Source: TPA_inf: Saccharomyces
Lineage: Eukaryota
Assembly (NCBI GenBank): GCA_000146045.2
Contig: BK006938.2
Span: forward strand, 1,088,001 to 1,152,000
Direction: 5' to 3'
Length of the DNA: 64,000 bases
Every line of letters starts with the position of its first letter. Position 1 is the stretch's first letter. Below are positions 39,872 to 50,900 of the stretch, piece after piece. The notes below the pieces were generated by a model. That model was not told where the DNA came from. It saw only the letters and a program-made list of their open reading frames with translations, and made no database searches. The position numbers and the translations under genes were made by a program.

Positions 39872-41374
39872 ATGTCAGAGGGAAAAGTAGACGAATTTAT
39901 GGCCATCACTGGCGCTGATGACGCTGCTATTGCCACTCAATTCATCGAAATGGCAGACGGGAACTTGAACACAGCCATATCATTGTTTTTCGAAAATGGT
40001 GGGGCTGCTTTACTGAGCAGTAACAACACACCTACTCCGTCTAATTCGACTCCTATGGCGCCCACCTCTGTAGATTCAGATGCCGATGCACAATTAGCGG
40101 AGAGGTTGCAAAGGGAAGCTTACCAACAACAACAGCCTGACCAAGATTATGTCAGGCCACCTGATGAGGCAAGACATGAAGTACTTACTGAAACTTCAGG
40201 ATTCCCAATTTCTTACGGCGGCATTGGCGGAAGATTTGAACCATTGCATAGGGTGAACGACATGTTTGACGAAGGAAGACCTGAAAGCATTTTTAATCAA
40301 CGATTGGATGACACAAATACTAATACATACATCAATGACAACTCTTCAGATTCCTTGGACTCCGAGGAAGAAAATGACGACGACGAATATGAGTATGTGG
40401 AAGAGCCGGTCATCGAACTTGATGAAGACGGCAATATCAAGGAGTACACCAAATTAGTGAGAAAGCCTAAAACCATTTCCAAGGAGCAGAAATTAGCTTT
40501 GTTATTTAGGCCTCCATTTTCAATCATGTCCAAACTCGACTTAGACGCTGCAAAGCAAAAGGCAAGGGCAAAGCAAAAATGGATAATGATTAACATTCAG
40601 GATTCAGGAATCTTCCAATGCCAAGCCCTCAACAGGGATTTGTGGTCGTCCAGACCGGTAAAAACTATAATCAAAGAGAACTTCGTTTTCCTACAGTATC
40701 AATATGAATCACGTAATGCCCAACCCTATCTTCAGTTCTATCACTTGAATAATAAGGATGATTTGCCCCATATCGCGATACTGGATCCAATTACCGGTGA
40801 ACGTGTCAAGCAATGGAATAGGGTTGTTCCCATTCCAGAGCAATTCATCTCAGAAATCAACGAGTTTTTGGCCTCATTTTCGCTAGATCCAAAGGTCCCT
40901 AATCCCACGGTTAATGAACCTCTTCCTAAAGTGGATCCAACAACTTTGACCGAAGAGCAACAAATGGAATTAGCCATTAAAGAGTCATTAAATAATAACT
41001 CGAGCAAATCAAACCAAGAAGAAGTGCCGAGTACTGGCGAAGAACAGAAACGAGTACAAGAACCGGATCCATTCAGTACCATTGAAGCCAGGGTGCATCC
41101 AGAACCGCCAAATAAACCAGGGATCACTACAAGAATTCAAATTCGTACCGGTGATGGCTCCAGACTAGTTCGTAGATTCAATGCTCTGGAAGACACTGTG
41201 CGTACTATTTACGAGGTTATCAAGACAGAAATGGATGGTTTTGCCGATTCAAGATTCACACTAAATGATCACCAAAGAGAGGACTTGATTGATAAATTAA
41301 ACATGACCATAGCGGACGCCGGCTTAAAAAATAGTTCTTTACTACTTGAGAAGCTTGACCCTGAAATAGAATAA
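39872..41374 (+). CDS. UBX5: UBX-domain Cdc48 cofactor with UBA, UAS, UIM and UBX domains, 500 aa
   Basis: N-terminal UBA-like, a UIM (EEQQMELAIKESL), and a C-terminal UBX fold (…IQIRTGDGSRLVRRF…). Confidence 0.88.
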   Translation: MSEGKVDEFMAITGADDAAIATQFIEMADGNLNTAISLFFENGGAALLSSNNTPTPSNSTPMAPTSVDSDADAQLAERLQREAYQQQQPDQDYVRPPDEARHEVLTETSGFPISYGGIGGRFEPLHRVNDMFDEGRPESIFNQRLDDTNTNTYINDNSSDSLDSEEENDDDEYEYVEEPVIELDEDGNIKEYTKLVRKPKTISKEQKLALLFRPPFSIMSKLDLDAAKQKARAKQKWIMINIQDSGIFQCQALNRDLWSSRPVKTIIKENFVFLQYQYESRNAQPYLQFYHLNNKDDLPHIAILDPITGERVKQWNRVVPIPEQFISEINEFLASFSLDPKVPNPTVNEPLPKVDPTTLTEEQQMELAIKESLNNNSSKSNQEEVPSTGEEQKRVQEPDPFSTIEARVHPEPPNKPGITTRIQIRTGDGSRLVRRFNALEDTVRTIYEVIKTEMDGFADSRFTLNDHQREDLIDKLNMTIADAGLKNSSLLLEKLDPEIE

Positions 41375-41587
41375 ACAAATTGTATGGTGGCAGGTACCTA
41401 GATGTAATTAGGTATGTAAGCACTTATAACACGACGGAAATACCCGGATATTGTATTTTTATTTTTTTCCCATTAGCACGCCAAACATAAGAAAAAACGC
41501 ATACAAAGACGTAAAGGAATAGTTCATAGGTGTAAATACAAAATATATATCACATTTAAGCATAGCAAATTGCAAAAGCCGAACAAA

Positions 41588-42823
41588 ATGCGTATAGCGA
41601 TGCATCTGCCGCTGTTGCTTTTATACATATTCTTACTACCCCTTTCAGGTGCAAATAACACAGATGCTGCACACGAAGTTATAGCAACGAACACAAATAA
41701 TTGGGCCGTATTAGTATCCACGTCGCGGTTCTGGTTCAATTACAGGCACATGGCTAATGTCCTTAGTATGTATAGGACTGTAAAGAGGTTAGGTATACCG
41801 GATTCACAAATAATATTGATGCTGAGTGATGATGTGGCCTGCAATTCAAGGAATCTATTTCCTGGAAGTGTTTTTAACAATAAGGATCACGCTATTGACC
41901 TTTACGGAGACTCTGTAGAGGTTGACTACAGAGGTTACGAAGTTACCGTGGAAAACTTTATAAGGCTGTTAACGGATAGATGGACAGAAGACCATCCTAA
42001 ATCTAAACGGTTGTTGACGGATGAAAATTCAAATATATTCATCTATATGACAGGACATGGTGGCGATGATTTTTTAAAGTTCCAAGATGCTGAAGAGATT
42101 GCTTCTGAAGATATTGCAGATGCATTCCAGCAAATGTACGAAAAGAAAAGATACAATGAAATCTTCTTTATGATAGATACATGTCAGGCAAACACAATGT
42201 ATTCCAAGTTTTATTCTCCAAATATTCTGGCTGTAGGCTCTAGTGAAATGGATGAAAGCTCGTACTCGCATCACTCGGACGTAGAAATAGGGGTTGCTGT
42301 TATTGATAGATTCACCTATTACTGTTTGGATTTCCTAGAACAAATCGATAAAAATTCCACGTTAACTTTGCAGGACCTCTTCGATTCATTCACCTTCGAA
42401 AAGATTCACTCTCATGTGGGTGTCAGGACTGATCTGTTTGATAGGAATCCGTCAGAAGTATTGATTACTGATTTTTTTGCGAATGTGCAAAACGTAATTC
42501 CTGATGATTCAAAACCTCTTTCCGTAAGTCATTATCATCATTACAAAGATCATATCGATACTGCTCAGTATGAGCTTAACAATAATGTGCTGGATTTGGC
42601 CTTGGAGACTTACCGCAAAAACAATCAATCCTCCAAGATTGAAAAAAAAATCAAAGACATCAAGTCTACTAGTGTATTGGATGTTGATATAGATTCCAAC
42701 GAATGTTTCTTCACCTCCTTCAAACAATCAGCTACCATAATACTGGCGCTTATAGTAACTATTCTGTGGTTCATGCTGAGAGGAAACACTGCTAAAGCAA
42801 CCTATGACCTGTACACTAATTAA
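41588..42823 (+). CDS. GPI8: GPI transamidase catalytic subunit, a C13 cysteine peptidase, 411 aa
   Basis: The first ATG at 41588 gives the signal peptide MRIAMHLPLLLLYIFLL (the track start at 41570 is TTG). The catalytic His context is MTGHGGDDFLKF and the Cys context is IDTCQA, with a C-terminal TM anchor. Confidence 0.93.
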   Translation: MRIAMHLPLLLLYIFLLPLSGANNTDAAHEVIATNTNNWAVLVSTSRFWFNYRHMANVLSMYRTVKRLGIPDSQIILMLSDDVACNSRNLFPGSVFNNKDHAIDLYGDSVEVDYRGYEVTVENFIRLLTDRWTEDHPKSKRLLTDENSNIFIYMTGHGGDDFLKFQDAEEIASEDIADAFQQMYEKKRYNEIFFMIDTCQANTMYSKFYSPNILAVGSSEMDESSYSHHSDVEIGVAVIDRFTYYCLDFLEQIDKNSTLTLQDLFDSFTFEKIHSHVGVRTDLFDRNPSEVLITDFFANVQNVIPDDSKPLSVSHYHHYKDHIDTAQYELNNNVLDLALETYRKNNQSSKIEKKIKDIKSTSVLDVDIDSNECFFTSFKQSATIILALIVTILWFMLRGNTAKATYDLYTN

Positions 42824-43000
42824 AACACTTTTATCCATTTTTTTTCGTATAAGCATATTTTACATCTTTATATATATTTATTTTTTTTTTTTTTATTTTG
42901 GTAGAATAGATTACATATACAACTTTTTCATAATGTCAAACTATAGAGTTTTATTTCACATAACGGAAGAAGCCTATTGGAGCCATGAGTATAATAAAAT

Positions 43001-45070
43001 ATGACCTCAACACTAGCCACTAGACTCTCGACATATTCTATTTCATTAATACTGCAGCGCATCAAAATTATAAAACGTTGTTACTCAGCTCCCGTACTCA
43101 GAGATTACCAACAAGATGCTATAGATGCATGTGTGAATTCTATTCGACAGGGCACCAAGAGAATTGGTGTATCATTAGCCACTGGTGGTGGTAAGACAGT
43201 GATATTCTCAAATCTTATCAATCAATTGCGCCAAAACTATTTTAAAGAACGTCAAGGAAATTTTAAATCGTTGATCCTGGTTCACAGGAGGGAGCTGGCC
43301 TTACAAGCGACGGCCACTCTTAAAAAAATATTCCCCGACTTAAAGGTTCACATAGAAATGGGAAAATATGATTGCGATATTGAAGATTCTGACGTGATTG
43401 TTGCATCTGTTCAGACGTTGATTAGAAGACTCCATAAATATGATACTAATTCAGTGAATCTCATCATCATTGATGAAGCACATCATTCTGTGGCTAATTC
43501 TTATAGAAGTATCTTAGATCATTTCAAAGCTTCAACTGCAGAAACCAAAATCCCTGTTATTGGCTTTAGTGCGACTTTCGAAAGAGCAGATAAAAGAGCT
43601 TTGTCAATGGTAATGGATAAAATTGTGTACCACCGGGGAATACTGGAAATGATCGATGACAAGTGGCTATGTGAGGCAAAATTCACGTCAGTCAAAATTG
43701 AAGCAGACTTATCAGATGTAAAAAGCACTGCAGATGACTTCCAGCTGGCACCGTTATCGTCTCTAATGAATACGAAAGAAATTAATGAAGTAATTCTGAA
43801 AACTTACCTTCATAAAAAGCAAGAGAAATCACTAAAATCAACATTACTGTTTGGCGTTGATAAAGCCCATGTACAAAGTTTGCATAAATTATTTAAAGAC
43901 AACGGTATTAATACGGACTATGTCACCTCGGATACAAAACAGATAGAACGAGATAATATAATTCAAAAATTCAAAAATGGGGAAACTGAAGTACTCATGA
44001 ACTGTGGAATATTCACAGAAGGAACGGACATGCCAAATATTGATTGTATACTACTGTGTAGGCCCACAAAATCGCGTTCACTTTTGATTCAAATGATTGG
44101 AAGAGGTTTACGGTTACACCATTCGAAAGACCACTGTCATATCATCGACTTCATTGGAGCTTCTAGTGTTGGAGTGGTTTCAGCGCCCACTCTACTGGGT
44201 ATAAGGAGTGATGATATCGAATTTGATGATGCTACAGTTGAAGATTTAAAAGCAATCCAAGGAGAGATAATAGCTAAACAACAAAAAATCGACGAAAGGT
44301 TAAGGGCTTTATTTCAGACTGATGAAGCAGCAATGGAAAATGTAACTGAAAGAAATAGCGTTGCCGATTGGATTCACAGTGCAAATTCGGTTGATTTAAC
44401 CTTGTGCTCCTTTGATAGTTTTAGGAATTTTACACAGAGCAATAACTCATATCCATCTGGCAAGGAGTTTGATGAAGCTTCTGAAGCTGTAAAAGAAATG
44501 GAGCTGTTGATGAACTCACAATATCCGTGGGTGAAATTTGCCTCAAATGCGTGGGGCCTCCCTTTAAAAGGTAAGAATCATTTGAGAATATACAAAGAAA
44601 AATCCGAAGACAAATTGTCGATGGTATATCATCTAAAAATGTATCGACAATTACCGTGTTTTATAACAAATAAATACGCGGACTATGTTCCAAAAAGTAT
44701 AATAAAAGACGCTAATCTTTGGAATGTAATGTCAAAGGTGGAAAAAATCATAAATACTCTAAATTCGGACTTGGAAGGACAAACAATGCAATACCAGGCA
44801 ATATCTAGTAAATACTCGAAATGGAGACAAACAGTTCCTACGTCAAAACAAAGAGACTTTGTTTTCAGAAAGCTAAAGAAAGTATATGGTGAGTCCTCAA
44901 AAGATTTTATTAGATTATCTTTGGATGATGTTACTACTTATGTAAATACTAAGATGACGAAAGGAGATGCTTCCAACTTAATCTTTGCCAGCAGTTTGGC
45001 ACCTGTCTACCCGTTGAAATCATTGTTACGAATATTAGAATATCAAAAAAGAAGATCTTTTATAAAGTGA
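43001..45070 (+). CDS. IRC3: Mitochondrial superfamily-2 (DEAH-type) DNA helicase, 689 aa
   Basis: Walker A LATGGGKTVIF, motif II IIIDEAHHS, and a helicase-C region (…LLCRPTKSRSLLIQMIGRGLR). Confidence 0.88.
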   Translation: MTSTLATRLSTYSISLILQRIKIIKRCYSAPVLRDYQQDAIDACVNSIRQGTKRIGVSLATGGGKTVIFSNLINQLRQNYFKERQGNFKSLILVHRRELALQATATLKKIFPDLKVHIEMGKYDCDIEDSDVIVASVQTLIRRLHKYDTNSVNLIIIDEAHHSVANSYRSILDHFKASTAETKIPVIGFSATFERADKRALSMVMDKIVYHRGILEMIDDKWLCEAKFTSVKIEADLSDVKSTADDFQLAPLSSLMNTKEINEVILKTYLHKKQEKSLKSTLLFGVDKAHVQSLHKLFKDNGINTDYVTSDTKQIERDNIIQKFKNGETEVLMNCGIFTEGTDMPNIDCILLCRPTKSRSLLIQMIGRGLRLHHSKDHCHIIDFIGASSVGVVSAPTLLGIRSDDIEFDDATVEDLKAIQGEIIAKQQKIDERLRALFQTDEAAMENVTERNSVADWIHSANSVDLTLCSFDSFRNFTQSNNSYPSGKEFDEASEAVKEMELLMNSQYPWVKFASNAWGLPLKGKNHLRIYKEKSEDKLSMVYHLKMYRQLPCFITNKYADYVPKSIIKDANLWNVMSKVEKIINTLNSDLEGQTMQYQAISSKYSKWRQTVPTSKQRDFVFRKLKKVYGESSKDFIRLSLDDVTTYVNTKMTKGDASNLIFASSLAPVYPLKSLLRILEYQKRRSFIK

Positions 45071-45259
45071 AATCCGTAGCTACATAAATGTGCATATATT
45101 AATATACAGTCACTAGTACATATGTAAACGTCGGACCACTCGTATATGCATTTTCTTTTGGATCACACCCTTTCTGAACTATGCAATGAATAACGTTAAA
45201 TTCAAATAAGTGCTTTAGCCTTACTCTGCGTACTAGAAAATGAGCTGCAACATTTCTTA

Positions 45260-47431
45260 TTAACCCTCATTTTCATTTGACTCTTCATTTTCATGAATGT
45301 ACTGTTGCAAAGATATTTGTCTAATTTGATTCAACAGGTCCTCATCTTGCATTCTTTCTGCCTGAAGGACAGCTAAATCCTTTTCATTAATAAAGGTTTT
45401 GATGTTTTCAACCACTTCGATTGATTCTTTTGACGTAGGCATTGGTGGTAATACGTCAAACTCATATACTTCATTATCAGACCAGATAAATGATGGAATT
45501 GCAGCCATTACAGAAGACTCCTCAGATAGTATGGCGAATCTTAATAAGTTAATTGGGATTCCCGCAATAAAGAAAGGTGATTGCAAGTTGTTAATGTTAT
45601 TGTGATCTTGCCCATCATTTGAATCGATTGTAACGTTTCCTCTATGGTAATCCTGTAAAATACTCGACATTTCATCATGCAAAAATGTTACCTCTTCGTT
45701 TCTATTCCAAAGTAACGGGAAGCGGGCCATATATGCCTTTAATTCCAAGTTTTCTGCCGAATGGCCATCAATGGATAAATCTTTAGTTAGCGCATGATCG
45801 CCCAAGAGTTTCTCCTTGAAAAGTTCTGACAGTTGTAAAGGATGATGCTTAAAGGCTTTTAGAAGCGCATTGCGGGCGGAACTCATCTCATTTATTCTTA
45901 GGAAGCTTAGTACTACCGCCAAGGAAAATCCTAAAGTATTCCACTGTTTATAACAGTTCATTAATGGAGAGTTGGATAATTCTATAATGTACTGATAGTC
46001 ATTATTCAATAGAAAATAGTGATCGAGGAAATACCTGCATCCTAAAGGATCTTCCAATGGGCTCAGTGACCAGAGAACTTTTGTCCATTCACTAGCAGTT
46101 CCTATAACACCTCTTTGAGCAAGAGATTGGATGTATCTAAATATTGCCAAGTAAAACTGTCTGTTGAAGAAGTATATATAAGGTAGTTGACAATTCAAGG
46201 AATCGAAAATAATATTTGCTTTCAAAGCTCTATCAAAGACAAAGAGTGCTCTTTGTAACAATCCATTAGTGTTTGATCTATCACCTTGCCTAATAAATAT
46301 CAAAGCAACTTGTAGCAGTCCAGGCACATGATACGGAAATTTAGAAGAAATCAAATTTATAAGGGCTTCATGATCAGGGTGAACAATAACACTTAAGTAG
46401 AAGTCCATCATTGATTTCTTGCTCAGGTCGGAATTTAAAGGTTCGAACTTATAAAAAGAAATGAATTTTTGCCACTGACTGACATCGTTTTGGATAACAT
46501 CCTTCCAATCTAACGGCCTTTCCCATAATTGCCAATCTAAAAGATCATCAGAACTTAAAAGTTTCATAGAGAGCTCACCTCTTTGAGTTGGGATCCAATC
46601 ATCTCTGATCTTGGTAAACTTCAAATGTTGCGGGTGCATTCCGGGGCCATTAGGTGCCAATCTATGATCTTTTCCGCCCCAGTTTCTAATTAATCTTTTC
46701 AGTCTCTGAATCTGTTTCAGCTGCTGAGGGGAGACAGGTGTGGATGTCATCGAATCAATATCTTCAAGAGACTCTGGAGATATATCGTCAAATAAAAGTT
46801 TGAATTCCGTATGGGGGTCCAATTTCTTGAAATCATTTTGAAAAAATTTGCAAGAATGCCTCAAACATGAAATGGGGAACTTTGTGAAGCCCGGATCACT
46901 TTCTAAGCTTAAAAATGACTTCCAAGGTTGGCTAGATGCTTCCTCTGGTTCAGATGCCGTGAAGAAACCTTCCTCATTAGTGTCATCATTTTTAGTCTTA
47001 CCGTACTTCAATATATCAGTTTTTTTGAACTGTTGGATAATCTTGTCGAATTCTTCATCATCATCATCATCATCGGAACCCTTGTCTTTTGCAGCCTCGG
47101 CGGTATGGTTTTTTTGCTTCCTTTTTGCCTTTTTATTCTTTTTCCTTCTAGAAGACTTGGATGCTAGTGTAATTCTTTTAGGTTGACCATTACTTTGAGT
47201 ATCACGCTCCCCAGCAGCAGCAGCTTCTTCATCCTGCTCAGACATTTGTCCTTCATCAGTGCTATTATCTGAATCACGTACGTTATTCATCATAGAGAAG
47301 ATGTTCTCCCGTTTCTGAATATTACCGGCAGTACTTTTACCACTCGTCATTTTATTCGCATTTGAATTCGATAGCAGCGACTCTAGCAGAGCATTATCAT
47401 CTTGTAATCTCCTTAATGCTCTAGAGCTCAT
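45260..47431 (-). CDS. RQC1: Ribosome quality-control complex component (TCF25 family), 723 aa
   Basis: The true ATG is cat at 47429-47431 (MSSRALRRLQDD…); the track adds 12 aa. A basic/acidic N-terminal region with a poly-Asp run is present. Confidence 0.85.
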   Translation of the reverse strand: MSSRALRRLQDDNALLESLLSNSNANKMTSGKSTAGNIQKRENIFSMMNNVRDSDNSTDEGQMSEQDEEAAAAGERDTQSNGQPKRITLASKSSRRKKNKKAKRKQKNHTAEAAKDKGSDDDDDDEEFDKIIQQFKKTDILKYGKTKNDDTNEEGFFTASEPEEASSQPWKSFLSLESDPGFTKFPISCLRHSCKFFQNDFKKLDPHTEFKLLFDDISPESLEDIDSMTSTPVSPQQLKQIQRLKRLIRNWGGKDHRLAPNGPGMHPQHLKFTKIRDDWIPTQRGELSMKLLSSDDLLDWQLWERPLDWKDVIQNDVSQWQKFISFYKFEPLNSDLSKKSMMDFYLSVIVHPDHEALINLISSKFPYHVPGLLQVALIFIRQGDRSNTNGLLQRALFVFDRALKANIIFDSLNCQLPYIYFFNRQFYLAIFRYIQSLAQRGVIGTASEWTKVLWSLSPLEDPLGCRYFLDHYFLLNNDYQYIIELSNSPLMNCYKQWNTLGFSLAVVLSFLRINEMSSARNALLKAFKHHPLQLSELFKEKLLGDHALTKDLSIDGHSAENLELKAYMARFPLLWNRNEEVTFLHDEMSSILQDYHRGNVTIDSNDGQDHNNINNLQSPFFIAGIPINLLRFAILSEESSVMAAIPSFIWSDNEVYEFDVLPPMPTSKESIEVVENIKTFINEKDLAVLQAERMQDEDLLNQIRQISLQQYIHENEESNENEG

Positions 47432-47931
47432 GTTCGAGTACTTTACAAATATATTTAGATGATTCAACGACCTGTATGTTAACCTTCAACTGGTGGACTG
47501 TATGTACTACCTATGGACATTTTTCACTATACGTTGATGCAGTAGTGAACATATTGCTCGCATAATGTTACCCGTTTATACCTCTATACGATTATTAAGG
47601 GAGGGTAATACTTTCTCAATTTTTTTTTTTTCAGTTTTTAATATTATTTCCTTAAGATTTTTCGGTGGCGTTTCGCGACAACTTACGAGAAAAAAAAAAA
47701 AGAGGAGACTTGAAGAAAGAGTGCAAAGGGATAGCGGGATTCTAAAGTGTTTACGTGCAAAAAGGATAGATTTTGAGCTTTAAACTAGATAAGACCCAAA
47801 GCATTCGATTACTGCATTTGAGAGGTATTCAACAATACCATTTTAACTCTTAGAAAATATTTCCTTAAGCTGAAAATTTATGAATTCTAACTGCTCTTTG
47901 CATTTTCCAAGTTATTGCATTACAAGAATAT

Positions 47932-50900
47932 ATGACCACATCTCGTAAATCGCATGCGAAAGACAAAAAGGCTGGTGGTGAACAGGATCTGGCGGATTTG
48001 AAGTTTAGGTATGATCTTCTGACGAATGAACTGTTCCATTTAAGAGAGTTTGTTTCATTGGTAGATTATGATCCAACCCATTTTAATGATTCTGAAAGTT
48101 TTCAGAAGTTTCTCAGGGAAACACACTTGTCGTTAGAGGAGAGAGGAGAAAAATTCACTGATGACGTAGCCAAGAAAGGCACGAATGGTGATCTTACTCG
48201 CAGAAGGCGAAACCTCAGGACATCGACAGTTGTTAGTTCAGAAACGACTAATGAGAAAAAGGGTGATATAGAACTGAAGTTAGAAAGCATAGCACCATTA
48301 GTACGAAATAAATGTGAGGAGCTAAAATACAAACTAAGTGATCATTCAAATAGGAAATCTATAGTACCGCAAAAAAGACCAATACAACATTTGAAGAAGA
48401 GAGAAGCAGCGAAGTCCTTGAAGTTCAAAAGTGAAAGAAAGGAAAATCCACTGCCATTGCATGAACATATAGCTGAAGAGAGATATGATCACATCGCAAA
48501 AGTTGAAGAACCCTCTGAAGCCTTCACTATAAAGTGTCCTTCTGATGATAGCTCCTTTGAAAATACTAGTGAACATTATAGTGATAATTTTTATTTCACC
48601 ACATCATCCGAAGAGGAAGATATAAAGAAAAAAAGAGGTAGAAAGAAAAAGAAGCCTAGAATAAAACTGGTAGTCCATCCTCCAAAGCAAACCATAACGA
48701 ACCCGTTGCATGTAGTCAAGCCGGGATACGAAAGCTTGCACGAATACATCGCTTCCTTTAAGTCATTAGAAGACGATTTAACGCTGGAAGAATATAATAA
48801 ATACATCGACGAACAAAGACGGCTTTTATCGAGACTCAAAAAAGGTATTGAAAATGGCGCATTGAAGTATGACAAAGAAACGGACTCACTACAACCTATA
48901 ACATCCAAGGAAATCAAGACTATCATAACATATAAACCAGACCCGATTTCATATTTCTATAAACAACAAGATCTGCAAATCCATACCGATCACTTAATTA
49001 ACCAAGGTATTCATATGAGTAAGCTGTTTAGAAGTTCAACAAAGGCAAGAATAGCAAGAGCCAAAAAGGTTTCTCAAATGATAGAACAACATTTTAAACA
49101 CGTAGCCGGAGCAGAAGAAAGAAAGGCAAAGGAGGAGGAGAGGCACAAAAAGTCGCTAGCCAGGTTCGCAGTTCAAGCTGTTAAAAAAAGATGGAATATG
49201 GCTGAGAAGGCTTATAGGATTTTGAGAAAAGATGAAGAAGAACAGTTAAAAAGGATTGAAGGTAAGCAACACCTTTCTAAAATGTTGGAGAAAAGTACAC
49301 AATTGTTGGAAGCTCAGCTAAACCAAGTAAATGACGATGGGAGAAGCAGTACCCCGTCTTCTGACTCAAACGATGTATTGAGTGAAAGTGACGATGATAT
49401 GGATGACGAATTATCAACATCTTCCGATGAAGACGAAGAGGTCGATGCTGATGTGGGGCTAGAAAATAGTCCAGCATCGACGGAAGCTACTCCAACAGAC
49501 GAATCATTAAATCTGATACAATTGAAAGAAAAATACGGGCATTTTAATGGTTCATCGACAGTATATGACTCAAGAAATAAAGATGAGAAGTTTCCGACAT
49601 TGGATAAACATGAAAGTTCAAGTAGTGAAAGTTCTGTAATGACTGGAGAGGAGTCCTCCATATATTCATCCTCTGAAAATGAAAGTCAAAACGAAAATGA
49701 TCGAGAATCGGACGACAAGACTCCATCTGTGGGTTTAAGTGCATTATTTGGTAAAGGTGAGGAATCGGATGGGGATTTAGACCTTGACGATAGTGAAGAT
49801 TTTACGGTTAATAGCTCATCTGTAGAAGGTGAAGAACTTGAAAAAGACCAAGTTGACAATTCAGCTGCTACATTTGAAAGAGCAGGTGATTTTGTTCACA
49901 CTCAAAATGAAAATAGGGACGATATAAAAGATGTCGAGGAAGATGCTGAAACAAAAGTACAAGAAGAACAGTTATCAGTGGTGGATGTACCTGTGCCATC
50001 TTTATTAAGAGGAAACTTAAGAACGTACCAGAAACAAGGTTTGAATTGGTTAGCCTCTCTTTATAACAATCACACAAATGGTATCCTGGCAGACGAGATG
50101 GGGTTAGGTAAAACTATTCAGACAATTTCTCTGCTAGCATATTTAGCTTGTGAAAAGGAAAACTGGGGGCCACATCTTATTGTTGTTCCTACATCAGTTC
50201 TGTTGAACTGGGAGATGGAATTCAAAAGGTTCGCGCCTGGGTTTAAGGTTTTAACATATTATGGTTCTCCCCAGCAACGTAAAGAAAAAAGGAAAGGTTG
50301 GAATAAGCCTGATGCTTTCCATGTTTGTATTGTTTCTTACCAACTTGTAGTTCAAGATCAACATTCCTTTAAGAGAAAGAGATGGCAATATATGGTGCTG
50401 GATGAAGCACACAATATCAAAAACTTCAGATCTACAAGATGGCAGGCTCTATTGAATTTCAACACACAAAGAAGGCTTCTGTTGACTGGTACACCTTTAC
50501 AGAATAACCTTGCTGAGCTGTGGTCATTATTATATTTCTTAATGCCCCAGACTGTTATTGACGGGAAAAAGGTTTCTGGATTTGCTGATCTTGATGCATT
50601 TCAACAATGGTTTGGACGCCCTGTCGATAAAATTATTGAAACGGGTCAGAATTTTGGACAGGACAAGGAAACGAAGAAGACAGTTGCCAAGTTGCATCAA
50701 GTTTTACGTCCATACCTCTTAAGAAGGTTAAAGGCCGATGTTGAGAAACAAATGCCAGCGAAGTATGAGCATATTGTTTATTGTAAGCTATCTAAAAGAC
50801 AAAGGTTCTTATATGATGATTTTATGTCTAGAGCTCAAACGAAAGCAACACTAGCCAGTGGAAATTTTATGTCAATTGTCAACTGTTTGATGCAATTGAG